Below are positions 47,236-56,195 of a DNA stretch of 64,000 nucleotides, piece after piece. A program made the translations under genes and the position numbers. The stretch covers positions 1,547 through 65,546 of the forward strand of contig UQWH01000002.1 of the NCBI GenBank assembly GCA_900544705.1, written 5' to 3'. Source of the stretch: an uncultured Eubacteriales bacterium. Lineage in GTDB: Bacteria; Bacillota; Clostridia; Oscillospirales; Oscillospiraceae. The stretch's first letter is position 1; each line of letters starts with the position of its first letter. Below the pieces are notes generated by a model. The model was given only the letters and a program-made list of their open reading frames with translations. It did no database searches and had not been told where the DNA came from.

Positions 47236-48114
47236 TTGATTCGTAGCATGACAGGATACGGTCGAGCGGTGCAGACGCTGAACGGCCGGGAGATCACGGT
47301 GGAGCTCCGTTCGGTGAACAATCGCTTTCTGGATTGCAGCGTCCGGCTGCCGCGCGCCTTTTCCTATGCGGAGGACGCGCTGAAGCAGAGCGTCAAGGAA
47401 TTTGTCAGCCGCGGCAAGGTGGACATGTTTGTCACCGTCAATGTCACGGCGGAGGAAAATGTCCGCATTTCCCTCAACCGGCCGGTGCTGGAGGGCTATC
47501 TGGAAGCCCTGCGCACGATCGCAAAGGACTATGACGTGCGCGAGGACATCACCGCGACGGCACTGACCCGCTTCCCCGATGTTTTTGTTGTGGAGAAGCA
47601 GGAGGAGGACGAAAAGCAGATCACGGCCGACATCGTTTCCGTTGCGCGGGAGGCGCTGCACGCATATGATCAGATGCGCTGCACGGAGGGCGCCGCGCTG
47701 GTGGCGGATCTTCGCAGCAGGGCTGCGACGATCCTGTCCGTGGTGGAGCGCGTGGAAGCGCGCAGCCCCGTGACGGTGCAGGAGTACCGTGCACGGCTGG
47801 AGGCGAAGATGCGCGAGGTGCTGGAGAGCACTTCCATCGACGAGAGCCGAATCCTGACCGAGGCGGCGATCTTTGCCGACCGCATCGCCGTGGACGAGGA
47901 GACCGTCCGCCTGCGCAGCCATCTGGCGCAGATGGAAAAGCTGCTCTGCGAAGGCGGCAGCGTCGGCCGGAAGCTCGATTTCCTCCTGCAGGAGATGAAC
48001 CGCGAGGCCAACACCATCGGCTCCAAGGGCAATGACATTGAGCAGGCGCGCAACGTCGTGGAGATCAAGGCGGAGCTGGAAAAGATCCGCGAGCAGATCC
48101 AGAACATCGAATAA
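47236..48114 (+). CDS. yicC: YicC/YloC-family endoribonuclease
   Basis: SMTGYG, SVNNRFLD, RGKVD, GRKLDFLLQEMNREANTIGSK and REQIQNIE motifs. Confidence 0.95.
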   Translation: MIRSMTGYGRAVQTLNGREITVELRSVNNRFLDCSVRLPRAFSYAEDALKQSVKEFVSRGKVDMFVTVNVTAEENVRISLNRPVLEGYLEALRTIAKDYDVREDITATALTRFPDVFVVEKQEEDEKQITADIVSVAREALHAYDQMRCTEGAALVADLRSRAATILSVVERVEARSPVTVQEYRARLEAKMREVLESTSIDESRILTEAAIFADRIAVDEETVRLRSHLAQMEKLLCEGGSVGRKLDFLLQEMNREANTIGSKGNDIEQARNVVEIKAELEKIREQIQNIE

Positions 48115-48117
48115 ACC

Positions 48118-48384
48118 ATGAGATTGATCAATATCGGTTTCGGAAATATGATCTCCTCGGAGCGGCTGCTGACCATCGTCAGTCCGGACTCCGCGCCGGT
48201 CAAGCGTCTGGTGCAGGAGGCAAAGGATCGCGCGATGCTGATCGACGCCAGCTATGGCAGAAAGACCCGCTCGGTGATCGTGATGGACACGGATCATGTG
48301 ATCCTGTCCGCCATTGCGCCGGAGGCGATCGCCAAGCGCTTTGTGGAAAAGCCGGAGGAGGAAACGGAGGAGGAAGTACTGTGA
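48118..48384 (+). CDS. remA: RemA/DUF370 regulator
   Basis: [14 protein letters not shown] and [11 protein letters not shown] motifs. Confidence 0.92.
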   Translation: MRLINIGFGNMISSERLLTIVSPDSAPVKRLVQEAKDRAMLIDASYGRKTRSVIVMDTDHVILSAIAPEAIAKRFVEKPEEETEEEVL

Positions 48385-48980
48385 AGCAGGGAAAGATCAT
48401 CATCCTTTCCGGCCCTTCGGGCGTCGGCAAGGGAACGGTTCTGAAGGAAGTCATGCGCGGTGACCCGAGCCTGCGCTTTTCAGTGTCCGCGACGACGCGG
48501 CCCATCCGCCCCGGCGAGGTCGACGGCGTGCACTATTTCTTCATGGACAAGCCGCGCTTTGAAAAAATGATCGCGGACGGCGAGCTGCTGGAATACGCCA
48601 GCTATGCCGGAAACTATTACGGTACGCCGGAGAAGGCCGTGGACGACGCGCTGGCGCAGGGCATCAACGTCGTGCTGGAGATCGAGGTGCAGGGTGCCTT
48701 GCAGGTCATCGAGCGCCGCAGGGACGCGATTTCCATCTTTGTCGCGCCGCCGTCCTTTTCCGAGCTGCGCTACCGCCTGCTGAACCGCGGCGATACCGCT
48801 CCGGAGATCGCGGAGCGCCGCCTGCATATCGCGGAGCAGGAGTGCCGCACCGCGGAAAAATATCAGTACATCGTCGTCAATGATACGGTCGAACACGCCG
48901 CCGCGGAGATCCGCGCGATCCTGACGGCGGAGGAATGCCGGTCTGAAAATAGATTCCAAACACTCAAGGAGGAACTTTAA
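48381..48980 (+). CDS. gmk: Guanylate kinase
   Basis: [14 protein letters not shown] and YYGT motifs. Confidence 0.96.
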   Translation: MKQGKIIILSGPSGVGKGTVLKEVMRGDPSLRFSVSATTRPIRPGEVDGVHYFFMDKPRFEKMIADGELLEYASYAGNYYGTPEKAVDDALAQGINVVLEIEVQGALQVIERRRDAISIFVAPPSFSELRYRLLNRGDTAPEIAERRLHIAEQECRTAEKYQYIVVNDTVEHAAAEIRAILTAEECRSENRFQTLKEEL

Positions 48981-48981
48981 T

Positions 48982-49176
48982 ATGCTGTATCCCGCAATGT
49001 CAGAGCTGCTCAAGCACATCGACAGCCGCTACCTGATGGTCAATGTCGTCGCGCGCCGCGCGCGTCAGATCTCCATTGAGTCTGAGACCTTCCACATTCC
49101 GCTGGAAGACAAGCCTGTGACGCTGGCGATCCGCGAGGTCGCAGAGGGCAAGCTGGCCGCAAAGGTTCGCGAGTAA
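48982..49176 (+). CDS. rpoZ: RNA polymerase omega subunit
   Basis: SRY..V..ARRARQI and KPVTLA..E motifs. Confidence 0.93.
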   Translation: MLYPAMSELLKHIDSRYLMVNVVARRARQISIESETFHIPLEDKPVTLAIREVAEGKLAAKVRE

Positions 49177-49186
49177 TCGCACGCCC

Positions 49187-51631
49187 GTGATTGCTAAAAT
49201 TGCCGTTTCCGCGGCGGTTTTTGCCATTGACAAGCCCTATGACTACCGTGTCCCGGAGGGCATGAAGCTCCGACCGGGAATGCGCGTCAGCATCCCCTTC
49301 GGACGGGCCAACCGCACCTGCGAGGGCGTCGTGCTGGCGCTTGCTGAGGGCGAGGAAGCTGGGCTCAAGCCGGTCGCGGCTGCATTGGACGACGCGCCCG
49401 TGCTGGATGAGCGCGGGCTGCATCTGGCGGCGTTTCTCCGTGAGCGCTATTTCTGCACGTTTTATGATGCGATCAAGGCGGTGCTTCCGGCGGGGATCTG
49501 GTTCCGGGAACGCAACCGCTACGCGATCGTTCCGGACGCGGACTGGAAAACCGCGATCAGCCGCCGGCCGGATGCGCTTGCCGTAATGCAGACGCTGGAA
49601 GCCTTGGGCGGCAGCGCGGAGGAAGAGGCGCTGCGCCGGCAGTTTGACGGGGAAGCGCTGGACGACGCGCTTCGCTACCTTCTGCGAAAAAAGCTCCTTA
49701 CCTGCGATACGGCGCATCGCCGCCGTGTGTCGGATAAAACCGAGCGCATCGTGGCACTGGTGGTTTCCGCCGAGGAAGCCATGCGGTATGCGCAGAGCAA
49801 AAAGCGCAGCGCGCCCATGCAGAGTGCCGCGCTGGAGATGCTCGCCACGCTGGGCGAGTGCGCGGCAAAGGAGCTGTGCTACTTTACGGGCGCGACCACG
49901 GCGACGCTGAACCGTCTGGAAACGCTGGGCTATCTGACATCGCGTGCGCAGGAGGAGCTTCGCTGCACGAAGATCACGCCGGCCAGGCTGGACGGGCCGC
50001 TGCTTCTCAACGAGGAGCAGCAGGCGGCCTGTGACGGCCTGACGGCGCAGGCCGCGCAGGAAGCGCCGGGCGTTGCCCTGCTGTACGGCGTGACCGGGAG
50101 CGGCAAGACCTCGGTGTATATTCATCTGATCTTCCGCTGCCTTGCGGAGGGAAAATCGGCGATCCTGCTCGTGCCGGAGATCGCGCTCACGCCGCAGCTG
50201 CTGGCGCTGTTTGCCGCGCATTTCGGAGAAAATGTTGCGGTGCTGCACAGCAGCCTGAGCATAGCCGAACGCTACGATGCCTATAAGCGCATTCGCAGCG
50301 GGGAGGCGCGGGTGGTCATCGGGACGCGCTCGGCCGTGTTTGCGCCGGCGCGGAACCTCGGCCTGCTGATCGTGGACGAGGAGCAGGAGCACACTTATAA
50401 ATCGGAGAATTCTCCGCGCTATCACGCGGGGGAGGTCGCCATCTACCGCGGCGTGCAGGAAAAGGCGCTGGTGCTGCTGGGCTCGGCGACGCCGAGCGTG
50501 GAGAGTATGTACCGCGCGAAAAAGGGAATTTATCGGCTCTACACGATGCACCGCCGCTATAACCGGAAGGCGCTGCCGCCGGTGGAGCTTGTGGATATGA
50601 AGCAGGAGCTGAAAAGCGGCAATCCGACCGCCATCAGTGAGCCGCTGCTGTTCGCGCTGCGGGAGAATCTGCAAAACGGCCAGCAGTCCATCCTGTTTCT
50701 GAACCGGCGCGGCACCAGCCGGATGATCGCCTGCGTGGACTGCGGCTATGTGCCGGTCTGCCCGGCGTGCAGCGCAAACTATACCTATCACCATGCAAAT
50801 GGCCGCCTGATGTGCCACTACTGCGGGCGCTCCGAGCCGCTTCCGGCGCGCTGCCCCGTCTGCGGCGGGCACCTGAAGCAGATCGGCTTCGGCACGCAGA
50901 AGGTGCAGGAGCAGCTGGAAAATCTGCTGCCCGGCGCGCGTGTGCTGCGCATGGACGCCGATACGATCTCTGCGGTCAACACGCATGAGAAGCTCCTGCG
51001 GCAGTTTCAGGAGGAGAGAATCCCAATCCTTCTGGGTACGCAGATGGTAACGAAGGGATTGAATTTTGAGAATGTGACGCTTGTCGGCGTGATCGATGCG
51101 GATCTGTCGCTTTATGTTCCGTCTTACAAGGCGGCGGAAACGACGTTCAGCATGGTCACGCAGGTCGTCGGACGCGCCGGGCGCGGCGCGGTCGGCGGAC
51201 GGGCGGTCATTCAGACCATGACGCCGCAGAACCGGGTGCTCACCCTCGCTGCGCAGCAGGACTATGACACTTTTTTTGAAGAGGAGCTTCCACTGCGGGA
51301 GCTTCGCGGCTGTCCGCCGTTCCGGGATCTTCTGACCGTCACCTTTCACGGGCTTGATGAGGAAGCGGTCTGGCACGGCGCACAGGACTTCCGCGCAATG
51401 CTCGCCGCCCAGCTTGCTTCGCCCTATTACCGGCAGGAGCAGGCGAACATCCTCGGCCCCGCGCCTGCGGCCGTGGCAAAAGTGAACTACCGCTATCGCT
51501 GCCGTCTGACGCTCAGCTGCGTCAATACCCGCACATTGCGGCAGCTTGTGGCATATTGTATGCGGGAATTTGCAAAAGACAGGAAATACCGCGGCGTCGG
51601 CGTCTTTGCCGACGTGAACAGCGACGAATGA
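49187..51631 (+). CDS. priA: Primosomal protein N'
   Basis: GVTGSGKT, VPEIALTPQ, DEEQE, Cys-rich region and GTQMVTKG. Confidence 0.96.
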   Translation: MIAKIAVSAAVFAIDKPYDYRVPEGMKLRPGMRVSIPFGRANRTCEGVVLALAEGEEAGLKPVAAALDDAPVLDERGLHLAAFLRERYFCTFYDAIKAVLPAGIWFRERNRYAIVPDADWKTAISRRPDALAVMQTLEALGGSAEEEALRRQFDGEALDDALRYLLRKKLLTCDTAHRRRVSDKTERIVALVVSAEEAMRYAQSKKRSAPMQSAALEMLATLGECAAKELCYFTGATTATLNRLETLGYLTSRAQEELRCTKITPARLDGPLLLNEEQQAACDGLTAQAAQEAPGVALLYGVTGSGKTSVYIHLIFRCLAEGKSAILLVPEIALTPQLLALFAAHFGENVAVLHSSLSIAERYDAYKRIRSGEARVVIGTRSAVFAPARNLGLLIVDEEQEHTYKSENSPRYHAGEVAIYRGVQEKALVLLGSATPSVESMYRAKKGIYRLYTMHRRYNRKALPPVELVDMKQELKSGNPTAISEPLLFALRENLQNGQQSILFLNRRGTSRMIACVDCGYVPVCPACSANYTYHHANGRLMCHYCGRSEPLPARCPVCGGHLKQIGFGTQKVQEQLENLLPGARVLRMDADTISAVNTHEKLLRQFQEERIPILLGTQMVTKGLNFENVTLVGVIDADLSLYVPSYKAAETTFSMVTQVVGRAGRGAVGGRAVIQTMTPQNRVLTLAAQQDYDTFFEEELPLRELRGCPPFRDLLTVTFHGLDEEAVWHGAQDFRAMLAAQLASPYYRQEQANILGPAPAAVAKVNYRYRCRLTLSCVNTRTLRQLVAYCMREFAKDRKYRGVGVFADVNSDE

Positions 51632-51641
51632 AGGGATAAAA

Positions 51642-52136
51642 ATGGCACTGAGAAGAATACTGACCGCCGAGGAGCCGACTCTGCACAAGGTGTCCCGCCC
51701 GGTGACGAAATTTGACGAAAAACTCTGGACGCTGCTGGACGATATGGCGGAAACACTGGCGGATGCCAACGGCGTCGGCCTTGCCGCGCCGCAGGTGGGG
51801 ATTCTGCGTCGCGTTGTTGTGATTGATGTAGGCGACGAGATCGTCGAGCTGATCAATCCGGAGATCATGGAGACCTCCGGCGAGCAGGACGGCATGGAAG
51901 GTTGCCTGAGCGTTCCGGGCGAATACTGGATGGTCAAGCGCCCCAACCATGTCAAGGCGCGTGCGCAGGACCGCCACGGCGACTGGTTTGAGATCGAGGG
52001 CGAAGAGCTGATCGCGCGCTGCATCTGCCACGAGTGCGACCACCTTGACGGCCACCTCTATACGGAGATCGCCTACCGCAAGCTGTCGGACGAGGAGATC
52101 GAGCGGATGCACACGATCGGGGAGAGCGAAGAATGA
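51642..52136 (+). CDS. def: Peptide deformylase
   Basis: GVGLAAPQ, EGCLS and HECDH motifs. Confidence 0.96.
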   Translation: MALRRILTAEEPTLHKVSRPVTKFDEKLWTLLDDMAETLADANGVGLAAPQVGILRRVVVIDVGDEIVELINPEIMETSGEQDGMEGCLSVPGEYWMVKRPNHVKARAQDRHGDWFEIEGEELIARCICHECDHLDGHLYTEIAYRKLSDEEIERMHTIGESEE

Positions 52137-53047
52137 GAGTCGTTTTTATGGGAACGCCGGACATCTCCGCGACCTGCCTGCGCCGTCTGGTGGAGGAAAA
52201 ATTTGAGGTCGTCGGCGTGTACACCAAGCCGGATATGCCGAAAAACCGCGGCATGAAGCTGGTGATGTCCGAAACGAAAACCTACGCCCTGTCGCAGGAT
52301 CTTCCGGTCTATCAGCCCGCGACCTTCCGGGACGACGCGGTCGTCGAGGAGCTGCGCGCGCTGAGACCGGACGTGATCGCAGTGGTCGCTTATGGAAAAA
52401 TCCTTCCCCAGCGCGTGCTGGACATTCCCCGGCTCGGCTGCATCAATATCCACGCAAGCGTGCTGCCGGAGCTGCGCGGCTCCGGGCCGGTGCAGTGGGC
52501 TATCCTGAACGGGATGGAGGAAACCGGCGTGACGGCCATGTATATGGCGGCGGAGATGGACGCGGGCGACATCATTGAGATTCGGAAAACGCCCATTGAC
52601 CCGTTTGAAAACGCACAGAGCCTGCTTGACCGGCTGGCCGGCATCGGAGCGGAGCTTCTCTGCGACACCCTGCGCGCGGTGGAGGCGGGTACCGCCCGGC
52701 GCACGCCGCAGGACGGCACAAAGGCGACCTTTGCGCCCATGCTGACCAAGGCGCTGTGCCCTATTGACTGGACGAAAACCATGCGTCAGATCACGGACCA
52801 CGTCCGCGGTCTGGATCCGTGGCCCGTCGCGACGGCGGAGCTGGCGGGGACGCATTTCAAAATTTACTCCGTCCGCCCGACGGAGAAAAAGAGCGAAAAA
52901 GCACCGGGAACGCCTGTGGCGCTGACGAAGCGCGCACTGGAGGTCGCCTGCGGCGACGGCGTGCTCGAGGTGCTGGAATTGCAGGCCGACGGCGGCAAGC
53001 GGATGCGCGCACCGGATTATTTCCGGGGCCATCCGATCGAGCTGTGA
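52133..53047 (+). CDS. fmt: Methionyl-tRNA formyltransferase
   Basis: FMGTP, INIHASVLP..RG and MDAGD motifs. Confidence 0.96.
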   Translation: MRVVFMGTPDISATCLRRLVEEKFEVVGVYTKPDMPKNRGMKLVMSETKTYALSQDLPVYQPATFRDDAVVEELRALRPDVIAVVAYGKILPQRVLDIPRLGCINIHASVLPELRGSGPVQWAILNGMEETGVTAMYMAAEMDAGDIIEIRKTPIDPFENAQSLLDRLAGIGAELLCDTLRAVEAGTARRTPQDGTKATFAPMLTKALCPIDWTKTMRQITDHVRGLDPWPVATAELAGTHFKIYSVRPTEKKSEKAPGTPVALTKRALEVACGDGVLEVLELQADGGKRMRAPDYFRGHPIEL

Positions 53048-53049
53048 GC

Positions 53050-54342
53050 ATGACCGGCCGGGATGCCGCGCTGCGCGCGCTGCTGGCCTGCCGGAAATCC
53101 GGTGCGTGGTCGGACGGCGCGCTCAAGGAGCTGCTGCGCGGCATGGATCGCCGCGAGGCGGCGCTGGCAAGCAGGCTCTGCTACGGCGTTTTGCAGAACC
53201 GGCTGCTGCTGGACTGGCAGCTTGCCCGGTTTACCAAGTTGGAGAAATTGCAGCCGGCGGTGCATGAGATCCTGCGCCTTGCGCTCTATCAGCTCATGCT
53301 GACGGATAAGATCCCCGCCTCCGCTGCCGTCAACGAAGCGGTGGAGCAGACGAAGCGCTTTGCCAATCCGCAGGCGGCGCGGCTGGTCAACGCGGTGCTG
53401 CGCAATCTTCTGCGCGCGGGCGAGCTGCCGCAGCCGCAGGAGACAAATGTGAAATACAGCCATCCGGCTGCGCTGGCGGCGCTTTTTGAACAGCAGTTCG
53501 GCCGGGAAACGGCACAGCGCCTGATGAAAAGCCACAACGAAGCGCCGGAAACCGTTTTGCAGATCAACCGCCTGAAGGCGACGGAAAAAGAGGTCATGGA
53601 CGCGCTGGCGGCGGAAGGAATTTCCTGCGCGCCGCACCCGTGGCTGCCGGACTGCCTGACCGTGCGCGGCACGGGGAATCTGGAGGAGCTTCCGGCCTTC
53701 CGGGACGGAATGTTCTATGCGCAGGACGCTGCGGCGCGGCTGGCGGTCGAGGCCGCCGGTTTGACGCCGGGGATGCGCGTGCTGGACTGCTGCGCAGCGC
53801 CGGGCGGCAAGAGCTTTGCCGCGGCCATTGCCATGCAGAACAGCGGCAGTCTGACTTCCTGTGACATTCATCCGCACAAATTACAACTGATCGAGCGCGG
53901 CGCGGCGCGGCTGGGGATTTCCATTCTGCAAACGCGATTGCAGGATGCGTCCAAGCCGGTTCCGGAATGGGAGAGCGCTATGGACGCCGTGCTTGCGGAC
54001 GTCCCGTGCTCCGGCCTCGGCGTGATCCGAAAGAAGCCGGACATCCGCTATAAGGATCTGACGCAGACGGAGCGCCTGCCCGCGCTCCAGCTTGCGATCC
54101 TTTCGCAGCAGGCGCGCTATGTCAGACCCGGCGGCGTGCTGCTCTACAGCACCTGTACCGTTCTGCGGCGGGAAAATGAGGACGTTGCGGAAGCCTTTTT
54201 GCGGGAGCATCCGGAGTATTCCGCGGAAACGGTACATTTTCCGGAGAATTCCGGGATTCCGGACGGCGCCATGACGACGCTGCTTCCCTGCGACCACGGA
54301 ACGGACGGATTTTTCATCTGCAAACTCAGGAGGAAGCCGTGA
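53050..54342 (+). CDS. rsmB: 16S rRNA m5C967 methyltransferase
   Basis: NusB-like N-terminus; DCCAAPGGK, DVPCSG and YSTCT motifs. Confidence 0.94.
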   Translation: MTGRDAALRALLACRKSGAWSDGALKELLRGMDRREAALASRLCYGVLQNRLLLDWQLARFTKLEKLQPAVHEILRLALYQLMLTDKIPASAAVNEAVEQTKRFANPQAARLVNAVLRNLLRAGELPQPQETNVKYSHPAALAALFEQQFGRETAQRLMKSHNEAPETVLQINRLKATEKEVMDALAAEGISCAPHPWLPDCLTVRGTGNLEELPAFRDGMFYAQDAAARLAVEAAGLTPGMRVLDCCAAPGGKSFAAAIAMQNSGSLTSCDIHPHKLQLIERGAARLGISILQTRLQDASKPVPEWESAMDAVLADVPCSGLGVIRKKPDIRYKDLTQTERLPALQLAILSQQARYVRPGGVLLYSTCTVLRRENEDVAEAFLREHPEYSAETVHFPENSGIPDGAMTTLLPCDHGTDGFFICKLRRKP

Positions 54343-55382
54343 AAGACATTAAATCCATGACCCTTGCCGAGCTGACGCAGGAGATGGCCGCCATGGGCGA
54401 ACCGGCCTTCCGCGCGGGACAGGTGTACCAGTGGATGCACCGCGGCACGCGGAGCTTCGACGAGATGACGAATCTCTCCAAATCCCTGCGTGAACGGCTG
54501 GCGGAGGCGTACAGCCTCACCGCGCCGACGGTGGCACGCAAGCTGGTCTCCGCGAAGGACGGCACGATCAAATACCTCTGGCGGCTGGCCGACGGCAACT
54601 GCGTCGAAAGCGTTCTGATGCGCTACCACCACGGCAATACCGTCTGCATCTCCTCTGAGGTCGGCTGCCCGATGGGCTGCGCCTTCTGCGCCTCTACCAA
54701 AGGCGGGCTTGTGCGGCGGCTGACGCCGGCGGAAATGCTCGACCAGGTGCTTTTTACACAAATAGATTCCGGACTGCCGGTGTCCAACATCGTTCTGATG
54801 GGCATCGGAGAGCCGCTGGACAACTACGATACCGTGCTCCGCTTTCTGGAGCTGGTCAATTCCGAAAAGGGAATGAACATCGGGATGCGCCACATCAGCC
54901 TGTCCACCTGCGGACTGGCCGACCGCATCGAACGGCTCGCGGAGGAAAATTTACAGCTCACGCTGTCCGTTTCCCTGCACGCGCCGGACAATGCGGTGCG
55001 CGATACGATCATGCCGGTCAACCGGCGTTATCCCATTGAAACACTGCTGGCGGCCTGCCGGACGTATTTTGAGAAAACGGGACGGCGGATCTCCTTTGAA
55101 TATGCGATGATCCGGGATGTCAACGACTCGCAGGAGATGGCCGAGCTGCTGATCCGGCGGCTCAAGGGCATCGCGGCGCACGTGAATCTCATCCCGCTCA
55201 ATAACATCGAAGAGAGCCCGCTCAAGCCCAGCCGGCCGGAAACGGTGCTGGCCTTCCAGAAAACGCTGGAGGCACACGGCATCCCGGCGACGGTGCGGCG
55301 GACGCTCGGCAGCGACATCAATGCCTCCTGCGGGCAGTTGAGAAGAAAATTTGAGCAGCAAACCAACGGAAAGGAGTGCTGA
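54339..55382 (+). CDS. rlmN: 23S rRNA m2A2503/tRNA methyltransferase (radical SAM)
   Basis: C.MGC.FC, MGIGEP, SLHA and ASCGQL motifs. Confidence 0.95.
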   Translation: MKDIKSMTLAELTQEMAAMGEPAFRAGQVYQWMHRGTRSFDEMTNLSKSLRERLAEAYSLTAPTVARKLVSAKDGTIKYLWRLADGNCVESVLMRYHHGNTVCISSEVGCPMGCAFCASTKGGLVRRLTPAEMLDQVLFTQIDSGLPVSNIVLMGIGEPLDNYDTVLRFLELVNSEKGMNIGMRHISLSTCGLADRIERLAEENLQLTLSVSLHAPDNAVRDTIMPVNRRYPIETLLAACRTYFEKTGRRISFEYAMIRDVNDSQEMAELLIRRLKGIAAHVNLIPLNNIEESPLKPSRPETVLAFQKTLEAHGIPATVRRTLGSDINASCGQLRRKFEQQTNGKEC

Positions 55383-55383
55383 G

Positions 55384-56118
55384 ATGGAAGCTTGGGGACT
55401 GTCGGACACCGGCAATGTCCGCGAACAGAATCAGGACTATTACCGCATTGAACCCCTGAAAGGGGATGCCCTGCTGGCCGTGGTCTGCGACGGCATGGGC
55501 GGCGCGAAGGCGGGCAATGTAGCAAGCCGCCTTGCCTGTGAAGTTTTTACCGAAGAGGTCAGCCGCTCTTTCCGGCCGGATCAGACGCCGAAGGAATTGC
55601 AGGCCATGCTCCGCGGTGCGGCTGCGCTGGCGAACACCTCCGTTTTTGAACACTCCAAGCTCAGCGAGGAATTCACCGGCATGGGCACCACGCTGGTCGC
55701 CGCGCTGGTGCTGCAAAGTCGCGATGCTCTCGTGCTGAACATCGGCGACAGCCGCGCCTATCTTCTCAATTCCGACGGCGTGCGCTGCGTAACGGTCGAT
55801 CATTCTCTCGTCGAACTGATGGTGCAGCGGGGCGAACTGACACCGGAGCAGGCGAAAAACCATCCGGGAAAGAATCTGATCACCCGCGCCGTCGGCACGG
55901 AGGCGCAGGTCAATGCCGACCTGTTCTCCCTCCAACTTGAAAGAAACGACTGCCTGCTTCTGTGCTCGGATGGCCTGTCCAACCAGATGGCGGATCAGGA
56001 GATCCTCTTTGAGGTCGTTCACGGCGCACACAAGGACGACTGCTGCCAGCGCCTTTTGCAGATCGCAAAGGACCGCGGCGCGCCGGACAATGTCACTTCG
56101 GTGCTGATCGCACTTTAA
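55384..56118 (+). CDS. stp1: PP2C-type Ser/Thr phosphatase (Stp1/PrpC)
   Basis: NQD, CDGMGG, GDSRAY, CSDGL and DNVT motifs. Confidence 0.93.
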   Translation: MEAWGLSDTGNVREQNQDYYRIEPLKGDALLAVVCDGMGGAKAGNVASRLACEVFTEEVSRSFRPDQTPKELQAMLRGAAALANTSVFEHSKLSEEFTGMGTTLVAALVLQSRDALVLNIGDSRAYLLNSDGVRCVTVDHSLVELMVQRGELTPEQAKNHPGKNLITRAVGTEAQVNADLFSLQLERNDCLLLCSDGLSNQMADQEILFEVVHGAHKDDCCQRLLQIAKDRGAPDNVTSVLIAL

Positions 56119-56195
56119 TATAGTTTGCCGCTGCACAGCGGCGGGTATTTCGGTCTTCGTTCACCGACGAGAACGAACAGCGGATAGGAGTAAAT

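Noticed and set aside
49040..52024. 994-aa minus-strand ORF and similar long antisense ORFs (33100-35454, 35482-37398, 56115-58079, 25011-26723)
   Set aside because: They lie opposite well-conserved genes, are expected in high-GC coding DNA, and show no motifs.
52819..53049. N-terminal extensions in the ORF track (rsmB, also argD, glnA, cdsA, rseP, cdaA, GH25, SBP)
   Set aside because: They overlap upstream genes or promoters; downstream starts with SD sequences or translational coupling match family N-termini.
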